Assembly (NCBI RefSeq): GCF_035594765.1
Contig: NC_085842.1
Span: 157,617,036 to 157,681,035, forward strand
DNA length: 64,000 nt
Source of the DNA: Anolis carolinensis
Taxonomy: Eukaryota
Direction: 5' to 3'
A program made the position numbers and the translations under genes. Positions 1 to 11,911 of the stretch are shown here, piece by piece; position 1 is the first letter of the stretch, and every line of letters starts with the position of its first letter. The notes below the pieces were generated by a model, which saw only the letters and a list, made by a program, of their open reading frames with translations, was not told where the DNA came from and did no database searches.

Positions 1-2212
1 ATTAAATATTTACACACAAACTAATACTGTAATTCTTCAACTTTACATCAGCCATGCAGACATAGCTTGCAAACCTAAGTTATGTTTTTATCTCTGTTTT
101 GTACTAGCATTTTATTCTATACACAGACATAAAAGACAGTGAAATACTTTATTAAAATATGGTTCATTTCCATGCCCTTGGGCTGCATAAATTGTTTACA
201 ACATACTGGTGTTACGTTAGTTTGTTTAAAAAATGATTTCCCAACAGCCTCCTCTGGTATTGAGGTTTTCCCTTGCATGATAGTTTACAGTAAAAACATT
301 ACCTTAATATTTAGTATTATCACAGAATATTAAATAAAATTCATGTTCCATCTGTTAAGTCATTTTTGGGGGGAAAATAGCAAATTAGCTAGCACCAGAG
401 CGACCAAACACAAGTCCCAAAATGTTCAGCTTCAATTATAAGATGCCTTAGTAATCCTCAGGGATTTCATTGTAGCTAAACTATAAATTGCCCCATAAAT
501 TTATGCAACTTGCGCTACTTGACTCTTAATTTAATAAAGCCTTTTTGCTAAATAGATTGTGTCCTGAATTAAGAGTGACTGAAAGCTGCTGCTCACTATT
601 CTCTCTGAGAGAGCACCACCATTTCATTTTTAAGGCAAAAAATTCAAAATTCCAATTTAATGCTCAGTTATCCTGTAGGGATTAGAGGATAAACCGAGCA
701 TAGGATAATCTGCACTGGTGCAAGGTGAACCCTTCTGTTCTAACATATAGAGTCCAAAATACAGCTCTTCTGTATTATATTTCTTCTATAATCTTAGATA
801 AAAGCTATGAAATTCTAGGAAACTGCAAGTCCAAATACATCGTAACATTATGGGAATAAATTAAAATTGCATCTTAATCTCAGATCTTAACTATGTTTTA
901 ATGTAATAACTATGTTTTAAACTAATAATCAGAAGTAATATTTTGTACTTTGAAACCATATTGTGCAAAAATTGCTTTAGCAATCCACTGACTGTTATAT
1001 CATTGGATACTGAACAGCTTTTACAAAATGGCTTAGTGTCATTATATTGTTAAGGGATCAAATAAAAAGTGAATGGAAACTATTTATTCAAACAACACAA
1101 TTCTAAGCATGCACGTCCCACCGCATGCTACAAGGCTTATTCCCTAGCAAGTGCATTTAAGATTGGAGACCAAGTGGCAATTTTGCTTCACTATTTTCCA
1201 TATTTATGGATTCCGTAAGTATGACTACAGAGGGACAAGAGAACATGCAACAGAGTGTTAAAGAGTCCTGTAAAGAAGTATGAATTTTAATTTACAGAGG
1301 CCATGTTTAACTGTGTTTTAAAAAGGGTTAATATTTCAGGCAGTGGAGAAAGAACTGATGTTTTAAGAAGTTTGGAACACCTCAATATAGTTTTGCAACT
1401 GTTCAGTAACGTGCCTCAAACAAGAAGAAAAGTTATTGTAACCATCAAGCTTGTGCCTAAATAAATGTGTTATTATTCCTTCAAACATCTCAGTCTCTGT
1501 CATATATACACACATCAAGAATAAACAAGAAGAAAGAAGAAAAATAAAAGTCTCCTCTCTAAGTAGCTAGTGGCTACGTATTCCTATAGTGGTGGCAAGA
1601 ATTGATGATCCCCTTGACATCTGGTGGCCGCATTATAAACATCTTTACCTCTGGTGGCAGCGGATATAGTTAAATATATAATAATTAATTAATTAAAAAC
1701 AACCTCCATCTCCACATCTCCACAATTGGTATAAGAGGTGGGATTTCAAAAAAAGATTTCCCTTTCTGATATCCTTACAAGACAATTTCCACATTCGGAT
1801 TCTTTAGCTTAAGTTGAAAGAGTGAGCACTGAAATAGCTTATTCTGTGCTTGTGGTGAGCACAGTCGAATTAAGGCAGAAAAAACCTGCTTTACACCACA
1901 AACAAGATTATCTATCCTGTTGTCATCAGTGCCCTTAAACTACAGTAAAAACAGCTGCTTAAAGTAATAGAGAAATTCTTTTCTGAGCCACCAGCTAAAA
2001 GATTCTCTCTCCCAGCCTCAGGCAAAGTCTTGCCACAAGATTATTCATCAGGGTGTCATGTTCCATTCCAATAAGCAGAGTTTCTGTGATCCTGCCTGCC
2101 ATCACTCCACATTTCTATCACAAATGCCTTTCTATCTTAAACAGACCTACTTCTGGCACATTGTTATGGGATCAATTTTGAAGCAAACGTTTCTCATGGA
2201 GCCTCAAGAAAT

Positions 2213-2250
2213 GTTTATATATTACATTATATATTATATTACATATTATA

Positions 2251-2290
<40 letters not shown>
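2213..2290. repeat. (TA)n / AT-rich microsatellite
   Basis: Directly visible. Confidence 0.9.
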
Positions 2291-2294
<4 letters not shown>

Positions 2295-2703
2295 CATGGG
2301 CTGGGCAAGTGGCAGATTGATGGAGAGTGTTTGCGTGAATTAATTCACACAGTGCAAAAAAAGAAAAAAACGAACAATACAATATTTAAAATGAAGAACA
2401 ATTTTAACCAACATAAACTTAACAATACTTCAGTGGAAGACCCCAGAGCCATCTAGTCCAACCCCCTTCTGCTGTGCTTGGGGGGGGGGGTCTGGGCGGC
2501 GAGGGAGGCGGGGTAAAGGGTCAGTGTCTAGGGAGGACGCTGCTGCTGTTGATTCTGACAGCACAAAACTTTGATTTCTTTGCATTTCTCAGGAGGAAAG
2601 CACTGCTTCTTAAACTGTGAGTCCTGACTCCAAAGGGGGGTCCCCTTAGCTAAATGTTAGTGTCAGTAAAATTTGGCAACACTAAAAGGGTTTATTCCTA
2701 CTT

Positions 2704-2871
2704 CATCACATTAGAGAAAAAATCCATTTAAAATCTGGTTTCTGCCTCCTACAGAATTCTGGGGTTTGTATTTTATTGAGGCTGTTAAAGGCTTCTCCCT
2801 AAACTACAAACCCTAGAATTCTGCAGAAGGCAGAAACCAGATTTTAAGTGGATTTTTTTCTCCAGTGTGAT
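2704..2871. mobile_element. Palindromic MITE-like element
   Basis: ~65-bp imperfect inverted arms CATCACATTAGAGAAAAAATCCA.. / ..TGGATTTTTTTCTCCAGTGTGATG. Confidence 0.7.
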
Positions 2872-4029
2872 GATGTCTTAAACCCTAACAGGTTAACAGC
2901 AACAGCATGCAGTGTTTAATAGTGAACTCTGCTGTACTCCACAAATAGAAAAATCAGCCTGTTTAGCAAACCTTGTAAATGTTGGTTTATTTTCAGTAAA
3001 TGTTTGATTTTTATACCAATTTGATATAGCTATATACTTGGGGTCATATAAACATTTCATGGGTGGAAAGTGGAAAGGAGTTGTAAATGGAAAAAGTTGT
3101 AAAAGCTCTGGTCTAGAGAAGAACAACACTTCAAGTGCATCTCATTCATGACACTGCTGCTTCTTATGCTTAGTTTCTTCATGTAGCCTTGCAGTACAGA
3201 AGAGGCCATGGAATCAATGCCTCTTTAGAGGCACATAAGAGTCACTCTTCAACCTCTGTTCACACTTCAAAGGTACCTTCCAAAAAAGTAAAATTATTCA
3301 TCTCATAGGTCTCCTTAAACCTCTGCTTCCTATTAAGAACTATTTTTAACTTACTAGATCCTTAACTATTCTGTCTTACCAAAAGGGCAGTTTCCAAACT
3401 TTGCTGGCAAATTTCCTGTGCTGTGAAGCCACACCACTCACACCCCATACCAAGCAGAAGTTTCTGAGCTTTAAGCTCATTGGGGCAGGGACCTGGTTTT
3501 TATTTTCTTATTGCTGCAGTAAGCATCATGCACATCAAGGGCAATATACAAATATCAAGTCAACAATAATGCATTCTCATACTTCTCCCTTCCTAAAAGG
3601 CTCTTAGGCTATAAAGACTAGATGCAACTTTCAACCATCCCCTCACCCATTCTATCTTTCAAAACATAGCATGAACAACGGCGCCACGGGAAAAAGGCTG
3701 GGATTTCTGGGAGTTGGAGTCCAAAATACCTGGAGGCCCAAAGGTTGGGAACCATTGCCTTAGACATACCTTATGTTCAGGGCGGTTTCCTCATACAGTG
3801 TGGAGGCCAGAACTGATTGGAAGTGCTTGTCAAGCCTTGGAAGAGGCGCGTCTACACTGTGGAATTGATGCAGTTTGACCCCACTTTAACTGCCATGACT
3901 CAATGCTGTGGAGTCGTGGGAGCTACCATTCGGCAAGGCCTCGAGCCTTCGCGGCCCAAGGAGGCACACTCCACACCTCAGGATGCCACTACACGGAGCC
4001 ATGGCTGTTCAGGTGGCATCAAAGCGCAC

Positions 4030-4570
4030 TGATTGCACAGCGGGCCTCCCTGGCAACAAGGGCGTCAAAGGCGCGACCGCCGGCGGCCCTCAGTCAGGCG
4101 CCGTGTTTCCAAACAGATCCCCCCCCCCCCCCCCCCCGCGGCCTTTCCCGGACGCCCGAGGAGGCACAGCCCCGCACTCCCCGCCAAGCCTCGGCCTACC
4201 TCCCGCGAGGCCCCGCTGCGGGTGGGGGCATCCGCCGCTCCGCCGCTCGCTCCCCCACCCCTTTCTTTCTCCCTCACAGCCACCACCGGAAACACGCCAG
4301 CTCCAATCCGGATGCCCGTCTCTCCCTCGCTCTCTCTGTGCACTCACAGAGGCGGGGATGGGGAAGACTGAAGGAGGGCGCGCGAGGCGGACCACTCTAG
4401 CCACCTGGAAAGAAACGCGGCTCGCTCTCCCAGGGCTTCGACCCCGCCCGCTCTGTCCGATGCACAAGGCGGAAAGGCACGCGACGACCGAGTGGGCGGG
4501 CTTTGAGCGTGGGTGGGCGTGCCCGGTGGGCGGGGCTTGTTTGCAGAGCCCCAGGCGGTAAGCTCCTGCC
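4030..4570. promoter_or_regulatory. CpG island, probable bidirectional promoter
   Basis: GC/CpG-rich with GC boxes (gggcggg at ~4494 and ~4528). Minus-strand donor AG|gtaggc at 4200/4199; plus-strand donor CG|gtaagc at 4557/4558. Confidence 0.8.
4200..4400 (-). other. Probable non-coding first exon of a minus-strand gene (RNF41 by synteny only; 5' boundary approximate)
   Basis: Splice donor at 4199 inside the CpG island. No coding exon recognised in 1-4000. RNF41 is head-to-head with NABP2 in human. Confidence 0.5.
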
Positions 4571-4892
4571 TTCCTCAGTGCCCTGGCTGAGTGCTCTGGA
4601 AATAGGGGAGTTGCACTTTTAAAAGGTCTGTACCCTTCCCTGCCAAAAAAGTTCCTGACCAAACTATAATTCCCAGGATTCCACAGCATGGAGCCATGGC
4701 AGTTAAAGTTGTCAAACTGCATTCATTTTACAGTGCAGATTTAACCTCAGTCTGCTATTTAACCTCAGCGGACTGAAACCCAAAACTTTTGGAAAATGGA
4801 AATCTCCATAACCTTTTGGAGAAATTATGATCTTTGGAAAGGCATGACCTTGTTAGAAATCATAACCTTTTGGAAACAAAATGATGTATAAA

Positions 4893-5221
4893 AAAGGTAA
4901 AGGTTTTCCCCTGACATGAAGTCTGGTTGTGTCCGACTCTGGGGGTTGGTGCTCACCTCCATTTCTAAGCTGAAGAACCAGCGCTGTCCATAGACACCTC
5001 CAAGGTCATGTGGTCAGCATGACTGCATGGAACGCCGTTACCTTCCCGCCGGAGCGGTACCTATTGATCTACTCACATTTGCATATTTTCGAACTACTAG
5101 GTTGGCAGAAGCTAGGGCTAACAGCGAGAGCTCACCCTGCTCCCTGGACTTGAACCACCAACCATTTGGTCAGTAAGGTTAACAGCTGAGTAGTTTAACT
5201 CATTGCGCCACCAGGGGCTCC
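4893..5221 (-). mobile_element. Sauria SINE, copy 1
   Basis: tRNA-derived head at the right end, (ACCTTT)-type tail at the left; TSD AAATGATGTATAAA at 4879-4892 and 5222-5235. Confidence 0.88.
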
Positions 5222-5235
5222 AAATGATGTATAAA

Positions 5236-5539
5236 GTTAAAGGTTTCCCCTGACGTTAAGTCCAGTCATGTCTGACTCTGGGGGTTGGTGCTCATCTCCA
5301 TTTCTAAGCCAAAGAGCCAGTGTTGTCCGTAGACACCTCCAAGGTCATGTGGCTGGCATGACTGCATGGAGCACCGTTACCTTCCCACCGGAGCGGTACC
5401 TATTGATCTACTCACATTGGCATGTTTTCGAACTGCTTAGGTTGGCAGGAGCTGGAGCTAACAGCGGCCGCTCCCGGGGTTTGAACCTGGGACCTTTCGG
5501 TCTCCAGCTCAGTGCTTTAACGCACTTCGCCACCGGGGC
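5236..5539 (-). mobile_element. Sauria SINE, copy 2
   Basis: Highly similar to copy 1, same orientation. Confidence 0.88.
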
Positions 5540-6539
5540 GAATATATATGATATATATTCAAATTCAAAATCAAAATGGTGTATATTCAGCATTTAATTT
5601 TGCCATGCTTATGTTGGAAACCACTTTAAGTCCCCCCACCCATGGTATATAAATAAATAAATAAATACCATAATCTTTTGGAAAATGGCATTCGTGCAAG
5701 GCAATTAGGTTTCTCAGCTGTTAAACTGATGTACCCAGATATCTCTTTGAACTGTTAGGGACAAAGATATGCCAAAGCACAAAACACACACACACACACA
5801 TATATAGCAGAGTTTCTGAAATGTTCTTTCAGTTGCCCAAAACACATCTACTCTCCCTTAAAACGTCTTGGTTTAAATCATGGTCTCAAGAGATAAAAAT
5901 AAGTAGACTTCTCTAAAAGTAACATATTTGGTTTACTCACAAACTTCATATATTCAGCATACATTGCTCATCAGTCCAGTTGCAGGTGAGATTTTAAAGT
6001 AGTTTCTCTGTGTAGATAACACAGGGCATCTTTCTTAGAATCAACACTCCATAGCCTAAAGCATCTCTCTGTTCTGAGAGTCTAATAGAGTCTCTTTTCT
6101 ACAGTGAACATTTAATGGCTTCTGTACAGCATTCTGTTTTGCTGACTTCTAAAAACATACATTTGTTTCTACTGATTTCTAAAGCATACTGTTTTTAAAA
6201 TGGAGTCTGAGTCCTGAATAGTCCCAGATTTGATCACATGGGGCCCTTCCACACAACCCTATATTCCAGAATATCAAGGCAGAAAATCCCACATTATCTG
6301 CTTTGAACTGGAATATATAGCAGTGTGGACTCGGATAACCCAGTTCAAAGCAGATATTGTGGGATTTTCTGCCTTCATATTCTGGAATATAGGGCTGAAC
6401 GAAAAAGCCCATAGTCTGCAGCCCCTCCCATATCACAGAGTTAAGGAAAACTGCATATCAATACACATATATACAATACAGTGAACAATTTGAATTATAT
6501 ACATAGCAAATAATTAATTGAGGCTTAAATAATGTTGCT

Positions 6540-7720
6540 ATTTCCAACAAAAATCGAGTCACAACAATTTTTGTTAATACAACTCCAATATGCTGATGAT
6601 AATGTAGTCTGTGCTTGTTCAGAGGAAGGCCTACAAGCCACTCTAAACGCCTTTGCAAAAGCATACGAAAAGCTTGGCTTTCTCCATATTGAGAAAGCCA
6701 AAGTGCTCTTCCAGCAATCGTCAGCCAATCCCTCTGCAGTGCCGGAAATACAGCTTAATAGTGTAATGTTAGAAAACATAGACCATTTCCGCTACCTTGG
6801 CAGCCACCTCTCCACAAAAGTCAACATTGACACTGAAATACAACACTGCCTGAGCTCTGCTAGCGCAGCATTCTTCCAAATTAAGCAGAGTGTTTGAGGA
6901 GCTAGACATTAATAGGTGGAGACCAAGGGCCCTTCCACAGAGCCAGCCATATAACCCAGAATATATGGCAGAATAATCCATAATACCTGCTTTAAACAAG
7001 GTTATCTGAGTCCACACTGCCATATATCCCAGTTCAAAGCAGATAATGTGGGATTTTATTCAGCTGTGTGGAAGGGGCCTATGATGCTTATTTATAAAGC
7101 TATTGTTCTCCCAACCCTGTTATATATGCCTGCGAAATGTGGACCATTTACAGACGTCACACTCAACTCCTGGAACGATTCTATCAGAATTGCTTCCGAA
7201 AAATCCTGCAAATATCTTGGGAAGACAGGCGGACAAATGTCAGCGTGCTGGAAGAAGCAAAGACTAAAAGCATTGAAGTGATGCTCCTACGTCCATTGGA
7301 CTGATCACATTGTCCAAATGCCCGATCCCCAGCTCCCACAGCAGTTGCTATACTCCCAATTCAAGAATGGAAAATGGGATGTTGGTGGACAAGAAAAGAA
7401 ATTTAAAGATGGGCTTAAAGCTAACCCTAAAAATTCTGGTATAGACATTGAGAACTAGGAAGCCCTGGCCCTTGAGCACTCTAGCTGGAGATCAGCTGTG
7501 ACCAGCAGTGCTGTGGAATTTGAAGAGGCACAAATGGAGGGTGAAAGAGAGAAAAAGGAAGGCGCATCAAGCCAACCCTGACGAAGATCGCCTTCCACCT
7601 GGAAATGAATGTCCTCACTGCAGAAGAACATGCGGGTCAAGAATAGGGCTCCACAGTCATCTACGTACCAACCGCCAGGACACTACACTTGAAAGGCCGT
7701 AATACTCGGGCACAAGTGAT
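6540..7720 (+). mobile_element. Degenerate 5'-truncated RTE-clade LINE, interrupted by a MITE at ~6927-7079
   Basis: LQYADD and FRYLGS RT motifs; terminal C2H2 CPHCRRTCGSRIGLHSHLRT; frameshifts and stops. Confidence 0.8.
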
Positions 7721-8210
7721 AGCCGATTATGACAGTGTAGATGCATCCTTAGGGTTTTTATATTTGGCATGGGTGGGGAGCGGTCTTCTGCTTCTGGAAT
7801 CAAATAGTTAGCCCTGATGTCATTTCCCTTCCACTTTTTCCCCCTTTGCACAAGTGTGCACAAAGGTCTAATTGAAGGCAGAAATATATATGTATGTGTG
7901 TTCAAGCTACACAAAGCTTAAAACAACATTTGACTTGACATCAGTACTTTTTGAGGCCTGACTAATCAGATATGATCAATGTTCCTTTTTTTAAAGGGAA
8001 AAACAGGTTTTTCTGCCTCTTATATAACATCTGTTGCAAGTTTAGCAGATTCTGAGCAACTTCCTTCATTCCTCACCTTCTGTAAAGAAAATGCTTTTCA
8101 TCTTGCTTTCCCCCCTGTTCTCATGTTACTTCATGTTGACGATGGAGTCCCTATCATGGTATTTTCTTCTCAAATGTATTCAGAAGGGGTTGGCAATGGC
8201 CTTCCTCTGA

Positions 8211-8493
8211 GGCCCCTTCTACACTGCCATATAAAATCTGCTTTGAACTGGATTATATGGCGGTGTAGACTCATATAATCCAGGGCCCTTCCACACAGCC
8301 ATATAACCCAGAATATTGGCAAAATAACCCACAATATCTGCTTTGAACTGGAATATCTGAGTCCACACTATAGTATATCCCAATTCAAAGCAGATAATGT
8401 GGGATTTTATTCAGCTGTGTGGAAGGGGCCCCAGTTCGAAGCAGATAATGTGGATTATATGCTTTGATAATCTATGGCAGCATAGAAGAGGCC
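8211..8493. mobile_element. Palindromic Harbinger-like MITE with a related MITE nested inside (8283-8430). Family members at ~6241-6410, 6927-7079, 11595-11745, 15592-15666, 15803-15941 and 45035-45207
   Basis: TIR GGCCCCTTCTACAC / GGGCCCTTCCACAC; 3-bp TSD TGA (outer) and apparently CCA (inner). Confidence 0.75.
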
Positions 8494-9044
8494 TGAGACT
8501 GAGGGACCATAATTAACACAGGGCTCTTCTACACTGCCATATAAAATCCAGATTATCTGCTTCGATAAAATGGATTATGTGGCAGTGTAAAATGGGTCCA
8601 GAAACAGTAAAAGAAGGTAGATTAGAATCTACTTGTTTATCACTGGACAGATTAGATTCCCTGTAAACTTGCAGGTTGCAGAAAAAAATAATGCTGGAAG
8701 ATGGGAAATGGGGGAGGGGGTTATGTGAACATTTTATGAACTGAGGCAGGATCTACATTGCCAAATAATGCACTGCACTGCACTTCACTATATGAGTCTC
8801 TACACTGACCATATAATGCAGTTCAAACTGCAGCATAGCTCCAGCCTTAATTCTGGTGCTGACCACAAATTCCTGGGCAGAGAACATGCCCAGAGGCACC
8901 CTGTTCCTTAGCATCTCTCTGCCCATCTGAGTCATTATCTGACTGGTTGGTGGCTCTAGAGCAGGGGTCCCCAAACTTTTTAAACGGGGCCGGTTAACAA
9001 TCCTTCGGACCGTTGGAGGGCCGGACTATAGTTGGCCACCGAGC

Positions 9045-9095
<51 letters not shown>

Positions 9096-9353
9096 CAACA
9101 ACAACAACAATTTAAAAAACCCTTTGGGCCATTGAGTCCAATCCCCTTCTGCCTTTGTGCACCGAAAGCACAAGCAAAGCACCCTTGACAGATGGCCACA
9201 CAGCCGCAATGTTTATTATTATTATTATTAATAATAATAATAATAAAAAGGGTTGAACGAGACCCCTTGGGCCATTAAGTCCAACCCCCTTTTGCCTTTG
9301 TGCACCAAAAGCACAAGCGAAGCACCCCTGACAGATGGCCACCCAGACTCAAT

Positions 9354-9402
<49 letters not shown>

Positions 9403-9519
9403 GTTGGAAGAGACCCTTTGGGCCATTGAGTCCAATCCCCTTCTGCCTTTGTGCACCAAAAGCACTAGCAAAGCACCCCTGACAGGTGGCCACCCAGCCT
9501 CAATGTTAATAATAATAAT
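9045..9519. repeat. Tandem array of three ~100-bp units separated by (AAT)n tracts; partial fourth unit at 11224-11286
   Basis: Repeated CCCTTGGGCCATTGAGTCCAA..AAAGCACCCCTGACAGATGGCCAC..CAATGTT. Confidence 0.9.
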
Positions 9520-11096
9520 CAAACATCTAAGAATTCTCACAAAATTTCACATTTGATGTACATGGATGACCTGAAGCTATATGGGAAAACAGAAACTGAA
9601 ATTCAGTCTCTGACCAACACTGTCCGAATTTTTAGCACTGATATCAACATGGAGTTTGGTTTGGACAAATGTTCGACAGTGGCATTGAAGAAGGGAAAAA
9701 TCATTAAAAGTGAGGGCATAAATATGCCCAATGGCCAAACAATAAAGTGTCACCAGCCAGAGGCCTATAAATATCTGGGCATATTACAGCTGGACAACAT
9801 CAAGCATGAACATGTGAAAACTGTGGTCAGCAAAGAATACACACAAAGGGTCAGAAAAATTCTCAAAAGCAAGCTCAATGGAGGCAACACCATCAAGGCC
9901 ATAAACACCTGGGCCATACCTGTCATAAGATATACTGCTGGCATCATAAACTGGACACAGATGGAACTGGACAATTTGGACAGAAAAACAAGAAAACTCA
10001 TGACCATTCATCATTCACTGCACCCTCGCAGTGATGTTGACCGGCTATATCTGCCTAGAAGATCAGGGGGCAGAGGACTCCTACAAGTAAAACAAGCAGT
10101 CAAAGAAGAAGAACATGCCCTGGCAGAATATGTAAAGCAAAGTGAAGAACCTGCTTTGATTGAAGTCAAAAATCAGAAATTCCTCAAAGCACAGCAGACA
10201 AAAAACCAGTACAAGAAAACCACACTACAAACTAGAGCTGACAACTGGCACAACAAAACATTGCATGGAAAGTTCCTTGACAAAATTGAAGGAAAAGCTG
10301 ATAAGGAGAAGACCTGGCTCTGGCTCACAAATGGGACCCTGAAGAAGGAGACAGAAGGCCTGATCCTTGCAGCCCAGGAGCAAGCCATCAGGACAAATGC
10401 AATTAAGGCCAAGATCGAAAAATCAGCTGATGACCCAAAATGCAGACTGTGCAAGGAAACAGATGAAACCATTGATCATATCCTCAGCTGCTGTAAGAAA
10501 ATTGCACAGACAGACTACAAACAGAGGCACAACTATGTGGCCCAAATGATTCATTGGAACTTATGCCTCAAGTACCACCTGCCAGCAGCAAAGAACTGGT
10601 GGGATCACAAACCTGCAAAAGTATTGGAAAATGAGCACGCAAATATACTGTGGGACTTCCGAATCCAGACTGACAAAGTTCTGGAACACAATACACCAGA
10701 CATCACAGTTGTGGAAAAGAACAAGGTTTGGATCATTGATGTTGCCATCCCAGGTGACAGTCACATTGACGAAAAACAACAGGAAAAACTCAGCCGCTAT
10801 CAGGACCTCAAGATTGAACTGCAAAGACTCTGGCAGAAACCAGTGCAGGTGGTCCCGGTGGTGATGGGCACACTGGGTGCAGTGCCGAAAGATCTCAGCC
10901 GGCATTTGGAAACAATAGACATTGACAAAATCACGATCTGCCAACTGCAAAAAGCCACTCTGCTGGGATCTGCACGCATCATCCGAAAATACATCACACA
11001 GTCCTAGACACTTGGGAAGTGTTCGACTTGTGATTTTGTGAAACGAAACCCAGCATATCTATCTTGTTTGCTGTGTCATACAACGTCGTTGTGTCA
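9520..11096 (+). mobile_element. 5'-truncated R4/Dong(Rex6)-clade non-LTR retrotransposon with an open RT C-terminal half + REL endonuclease ORF (9553-11007)
   Basis: YMDD and KYLGI RT motifs, CCHC knuckle CRLCKETDETIDHILSCC, RHN motif, and PDITVVEK..DVAIP / KLSRYQDL restriction-like endonuclease motifs; flanked on both sides by (TAA)n. Confidence 0.9.
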
Positions 11097-11115
11097 ATAA
11101 TAATAATAATAATAA

Positions 11116-11169
11116 TGTGATTTTGTGATACGAAATCCAGCATATCTATCTTGTTTGCTGTGTCATACA

Positions 11170-11170
<1 letters not shown>
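11116..11170 (+). mobile_element. Ultra-short second R4/Dong 3' end (~55 bp)
   Basis: Near-identical repeat of 11029-11083, set between two (TAA)n tracts. Confidence 0.8.
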
Positions 11171-11223
<53 letters not shown>

Positions 11224-11911
11224 GGGTTGTAAGAGAAGAAGATACCCCTTGGGTCATTTAGTCCTACCCCCTTCTGCCCTTGTGCTGTGGGGGCCGGATA
11301 AATGGCTTTGATGGGCCGCATCCGGCCCACGGGCCTTAGTTTGGGGACCCCTGCTCTTGAGGTTCTGGTAAAAAAAAAGAAAAGAAACCCACAAAGTAAA
11401 ATCTGCAGATCTGCATTCTGGCAACTCTGTGCCACAAGCGGGAATGAATCAAGGATCTTTCTAACACTATAGTATTCAAAATGGAAGAATACCATTAATT
11501 GAAATGATTGATTCTATGATATTCAGAGCACGAGAGTGATAAGTTAAAAGCAGCGAAGAATTTCTTTGTGGAGCAACGGATGCAATGAGAATAAAGCCCC
11601 CTTCTAAACTGCCCTATATCCCAGGATCTGATCCCAGATTATCTACTTTGAACTGGGTAATATGAGCCTCCATTGCCAGATAACCTGGGATGAACAAATA
11701 ATCTGGGATCATATCCTGGGATATAGGGGCAGTATGGAAGGGGCCTAAGGTAACAATATTTAATTTACTTTATTTGTATAATGAGTAATGGTTTGAATTT
11801 ACTGACAAAATATAACTTCTTAACAGTCCCCTCCTCCAAAGTTCTACCTCATTCACTTACATGTGTGATGTGTCCTCAAGTTACCTATCTATTTATAACA
11901 ACCCCATGAAT

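Larger units (their letters stand above)
8962..11353. mobile_element. Non-autonomous hAT element with an internal ~150-bp tandem array, hosting the Dong insertions
   Basis: TIRs CAGGGGTCCCCAAACT / AGTTTGGGGACCCCTG; 8-bp TSD CTCTAGAG (8954-8961) / CTCTTGAG (11354-11361). Confidence 0.85.

Noticed and set aside
1-4000. RNF41 coding exons on the minus strand
   Set aside because: No MGYDVTRF-like coding sequence was found; the region looks intronic.
3817-4722. Overlapping 110-217 aa Pro/Arg/Gly-rich ORFs
   Set aside because: Typical stop-poor frames of a CpG island plus a MITE; no recognisable protein.
9045-9519. CRISPR-like repeat/spacer appearance
   Set aside because: Eukaryotic context; the spacers are (AAT)n microsatellites and the units are TE-derived.
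9553-11007. 484-aa ORF as a host gene
   Set aside because: It is a truncated R4/Dong retrotransposon ORF with no promoter or exon structure.
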